Positions 35,246 to 37,911 of a stretch of 37,911 nt of DNA are shown piece after piece. The position numbers and the translations under genes were made by a program. The DNA comes from a virus. Taxonomy: Duplodnaviria; Caudoviricetes. Positions within the stretch are counted from its first letter, which is position 1. Each line of letters starts with the position of its first letter. The notes under the pieces are model-generated. The model worked only from the letters and a program-made list of their open reading frames with translations. It did not search any database and had not been told where the DNA came from. The stretch lies in the IMG/VR virus record IMGVR_UViG_3300006872_000016, positions 1 to 37,911 of that record; one strand, given 5' to 3'.

Positions 35246-37911
35246 GCTCGTTTGAGTTCTTCCCCGAGGAGCGCCCGCTCGCGATCGAGAGTGAGGCCGA
35301 CGCGCTCCTGCCGGGCGACATCGACGTGCCGGCGTTCCGCGGCATGGGGCACGAGGCGTGGGCCGCGCCGGCGCGCGGCATGGTGCGACTCGGCGAGGCG
35401 GCCGGCCTGGCCGCGGGCGCGATCAACGGGCCGATCGATTCCTTGCTCGGCACCGATCTGCAGGATCAGGCGTTCGGCTCCGTCGACCGCATGCGCGCGG
35501 TCCGCGAGTCGATGGTGCTCCGCCCGGGCGAGATCGGCGTCGCCGCTCGAGTACTCGGCGGCCTGGGCGAGTTCGTCACGCAGCTCGCCGTCGCGCGCTC
35601 GCCTGGCGCGCTCGCTTCCACCATTCTCGGCACGTCGTCCGACCTGGCGGTCGCCGGCGTCGACCCGCGGACGGCGGTGCAGGCTGGCACGCTCGAGGGC
35701 GCCGGCCTGGCGGTCGGTCTCAGGATCCCGACGCTGGGCGCCACCCTGGCGCAGCGTGTGGGGCTCGGCGCCGGGGCCAACGTGGCGCAAGGGGTGATCA
35801 CCCGCGGCGCAGTGGGCGAGCTCCTGCGAAGCGAGGGCGCGCCCGCCGGCGTGGCCGAGGGCTATCAAGCGTGGGACGGCGAGGCCTTGATCGTCGACGC
35901 GCTCGCCGGCGCCGTGTTCGGCGGCGTCGATCACTGGAGCGCGCGCCCGGACGTCGCGGCGCTGAATGACCACGCGCACCGCGTCGCGCGTACCGCGCCG
36001 GGCGTGCCGCAGACTGCCGACGCGCTCGACGCGCACGCCCAGGCGCTCGATCAGGCGCTCGCCCAGGTGCTCGCCGATGAGGCGGTCACGGTGCAGGCGC
36101 CGCCGGGGCGGTTTCAGGACGACGGGCGCGCCGCCCAGGCGCAGGCCGACACCGAGGCGATCGTCACGTCGGATCGCGTCGCGGGCCTCCTCGCGCGCCA
36201 CGTGCCGGATCTGCAGAAGGCCGACGAGATCCTCCCGCCCGAATCGGCCGCGGCGCTGCGCGGGCTCTACGAGACCGCCGTCGCCAACTTCGACGACTTC
36301 AATACCGAGCTACGCACGATCGCCAAGGAGATCGGCGCGCGATTGGTGATCGGGCCGATCAAGCTCGCCGGCAAGGCGTCGGCCAAGATTGCCGGCGACT
36401 ACAAGGGCGACGCCTCGCAGATCGCCGATCTGTTGCGGTCGACGTTTGAGCTGCCCACGCTCGAGGGCGCGGCCGCGGCCGTTGACCGGGTGCGCTCGAG
36501 CTACCCGGTAGTCGAGGCGCGATCGCGCAACTGGCTGGACCCGGGCATTGAGACCGCGGACGGCTACCGTGACGCGAAATTTGTGATCGAGTACCGCGGC
36601 AACCTCGCCGAGATACAGGTCAACATTCCGGAAATGCTCGAGGCCAAGAGCGGCCGCGGGCATGAGCTCTACAAAGAGCGCGAAGCGATCATCAAGGGCT
36701 ATCAGCTCGCCGGCCGAAAGGCTCCGACGCTGGCGGAGCGCAAGGAGATCCGCCGTATCACGGCGGAAATGCAACAGCTTTACGGCGCGGCCTGGGAGAA
36801 GTTCCTCGCGCGCTCGCGGAAGAAAGCGAGCGTGACGGCACTCCCGCCGCGCAAGGACTCAACCGGGAAGGGGCGCCCGCCGGGCACGTCCCAGGCGACC
36901 ACGGCGTCGGGGCCGACGCCTGCGCCTACTGACACGGGGATCCCGTCGACGTCCCAAAACATCGTGTCGGGATCGAATGATTCGATCGGAGCGAACATAG
37001 ATGCGGCCTCCGCAGGTATTGTAGCCGAAGCGCCCGCGGCACTCCAGGGCACCGACGGTGCGGCCGCGGTGGTGGTGACGGAGCGCGGCCTCGAGGTGCC
37101 GGTGCGTTATCGGCTGGTCGACGCGTCCGCGCTGGTCACGTCCCACAATGACGCGCTCGAGGTCGATCCGCGCTTCCCGCCCGAGCTCCAGCCGCGCGAC
37201 CGGTCCCGCGCCGCCAGCGACCAGCAGATCGCCAAGATCGAGAATGCGATCCGGCCCGAGCTCCTGGGCGAGTCGGTCAAGGCCAGCGACGGCGCGCCGA
37301 TCGTCGGCGCCGACGGCGTCGTCGAGTCCGGCAACGCTCGCACCATTGCGCTGCGGCGCGCCTACGCGCGGAACAAGGCAGGCATCTATCGCGAGTGGCT
37401 ACGGGCCAACGCGGCCCGCTTTGGTCTCGACCCGGCCGCCGTCGACGGCATGGCGGCGCCGGTGCTGGTGCGCGTGGCGCAGGGCGCGCGCGACCGCGCG
37501 GAGTTCGCCCGCCAGGCCAACGAGTCGGCGATCGCCACCATGTCGCCCGGCGAGCTCGCGCGCGCCGACGCGCAGCGGCTCGGCAGCCTCGAGGGGCTGG
37601 CGACCAACGAGAACGGATCGATCAACCTTGCGCAGTCGCGCGCCGTGGTCGACGCGTTCCTGCGCGACGTGGTGTCGCCGGCTGATCTCAACACCACCAC
37701 CACGGCCAAGGGCGGGCTGTCGCAGTTCGGGCTGTCGCGGCTGCGCAATGCGATTTTCGCCCGGGCCTACGGCGATACGGAGCTGTTGCAGGCGCTCACG
37801 GAGTCGCTCGACTCGAACGTCAAGAACGTGCTCGCCGGCATGGTCCGCGCCGCGCCGGAGGTGGCGCGCCTGCGCGATCTGCAGGCCGAGGGCGCGCGCC
37901 ATCCGATCGCC
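35242..37911 (+). CDS. polyvalent internal virion protein: structural N-domain + RelA/SpoT synthetase domain + ddrB-like ParB domain (runs off the window end; absent from the ORF track)
   Basis: GTGA-coupled start; own translation found no stop. GPIK...K...DYKGDASQIADLLR...GYRD...EIQVN...HELY (~36340-36680); ELQPRDRSR...DGAPIV...VVESGNAR (~37180-37340). Confidence 0.88.
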   Translation, partial: MSSFEFFPEERPLAIESEADALLPGDIDVPAFRGMGHEAWAAPARGMVRLGEAAGLAAGAINGPIDSLLGTDLQDQAFGSVDRMRAVRESMVLRPGEIGVAARVLGGLGEFVTQLAVARSPGALASTILGTSSDLAVAGVDPRTAVQAGTLEGAGLAVGLRIPTLGATLAQRVGLGAGANVAQGVITRGAVGELLRSEGAPAGVAEGYQAWDGEALIVDALAGAVFGGVDHWSARPDVAALNDHAHRVARTAPGVPQTADALDAHAQALDQALAQVLADEAVTVQAPPGRFQDDGRAAQAQADTEAIVTSDRVAGLLARHVPDLQKADEILPPESAAALRGLYETAVANFDDFNTELRTIAKEIGARLVIGPIKLAGKASAKIAGDYKGDASQIADLLRSTFELPTLEGAAAAVDRVRSSYPVVEARSRNWLDPGIETADGYRDAKFVIEYRGNLAEIQVNIPEMLEAKSGRGHELYKEREAIIKGYQLAGRKAPTLAERKEIRRITAEMQQLYGAAWEKFLARSRKKASVTALPPRKDSTGKGRPPGTSQATTASGPTPAPTDTGIPSTSQNIVSGSNDSIGANIDAASAGIVAEAPAALQGTDGAAAVVVTERGLEVPVRYRLVDASALVTSHNDALEVDPRFPPELQPRDRSRAASDQQIAKIENAIRPELLGESVKASDGAPIVGADGVVESGNARTIALRRAYARNKAGIYREWLRANAARFGLDPAAVDGMAAPVLVRVAQGARDRAEFARQANESAIATMSPGELARADAQRLGSLEGLATNENGSINLAQSRAVVDAFLRDVVSPADLNTTTTAKGGLSQFGLSRLRNAIFARAYGDTELLQALTESLDSNVKNVLAGMVRAAPEVARLRDLQAEGARHPIA
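36780..36998 (-). CDS. nested antisense gene (72 aa), candidate antitoxin/immunity protein
   Basis: MFAPIESFDPDTMFWDVDGIPVSV...AWDVPGGRPFP...; GGAGG 8 nt upstream (37007-37011); TACAAT -10 box (37018-37023). Confidence 0.7.
   Translation of the reverse strand: MFAPIESFDPDTMFWDVDGIPVSVGAGVGPDAVVAWDVPGGRPFPVESLRGGSAVTLAFFRERARNFSQAAP

Noticed and set aside
36310-36774. Second antisense ORF over the RelA/SpoT domain
   Set aside because: No SD or promoter; composition is that of a codon-shadow ORF of a high-GC gene.
1-37911. tRNA, rRNA, CRISPR array, IS element, att sites, spanins
   Set aside because: None recognised by eye; tRNAscan-SE and lipoprotein prediction would be needed to exclude them.

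Overview
Near-complete, circularly permuted genome of a GC-rich podovirus of the BPP-1/epsilon15 type, with a T7-like portal, capsid, adaptor, nozzle and ejection proteins. Both window ends appear to fall in one large internal-virion gene. Layout: a late operon on + (21039-37911, continuing 1-7565: head, tail, ejection proteins, M15 endolysin, terminase, tail fibre, holin) and two early operons diverging from a control region at 15402-15627. The leftward operon carries LPD29, a Cro-like HTH, a two-frame C5 methylase, an N6 methylase, DUF1937, Tad1, HNH and a Vsr-like nuclease. The rightward operon carries ERF, an exonuclease, a DnaQ-WYL fusion and small ORFs. No integrase, CI-type repressor, polymerase or helicase was recognised. 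Two candidate novel systems stand out. (1) A small RNA at ~19576-19660 with its own promoter, whose 32-nt loop is complementary to a GGAGACCG(A) motif at the ribosome-binding sites of at least five phage genes, including the first gene of each early operon; this may be an RNA repressor. (2) A probable virion polyvalent protein with a RelA/SpoT synthetase domain and a ddrB-ParB domain, whose linker hides a fully nested antisense 72-aa gene with its own -10 box and SD; this may be the antitoxin. Three apparent frameshifts suggest assembly errors or decay. All family calls come from motif recognition by eye; no searches were run.
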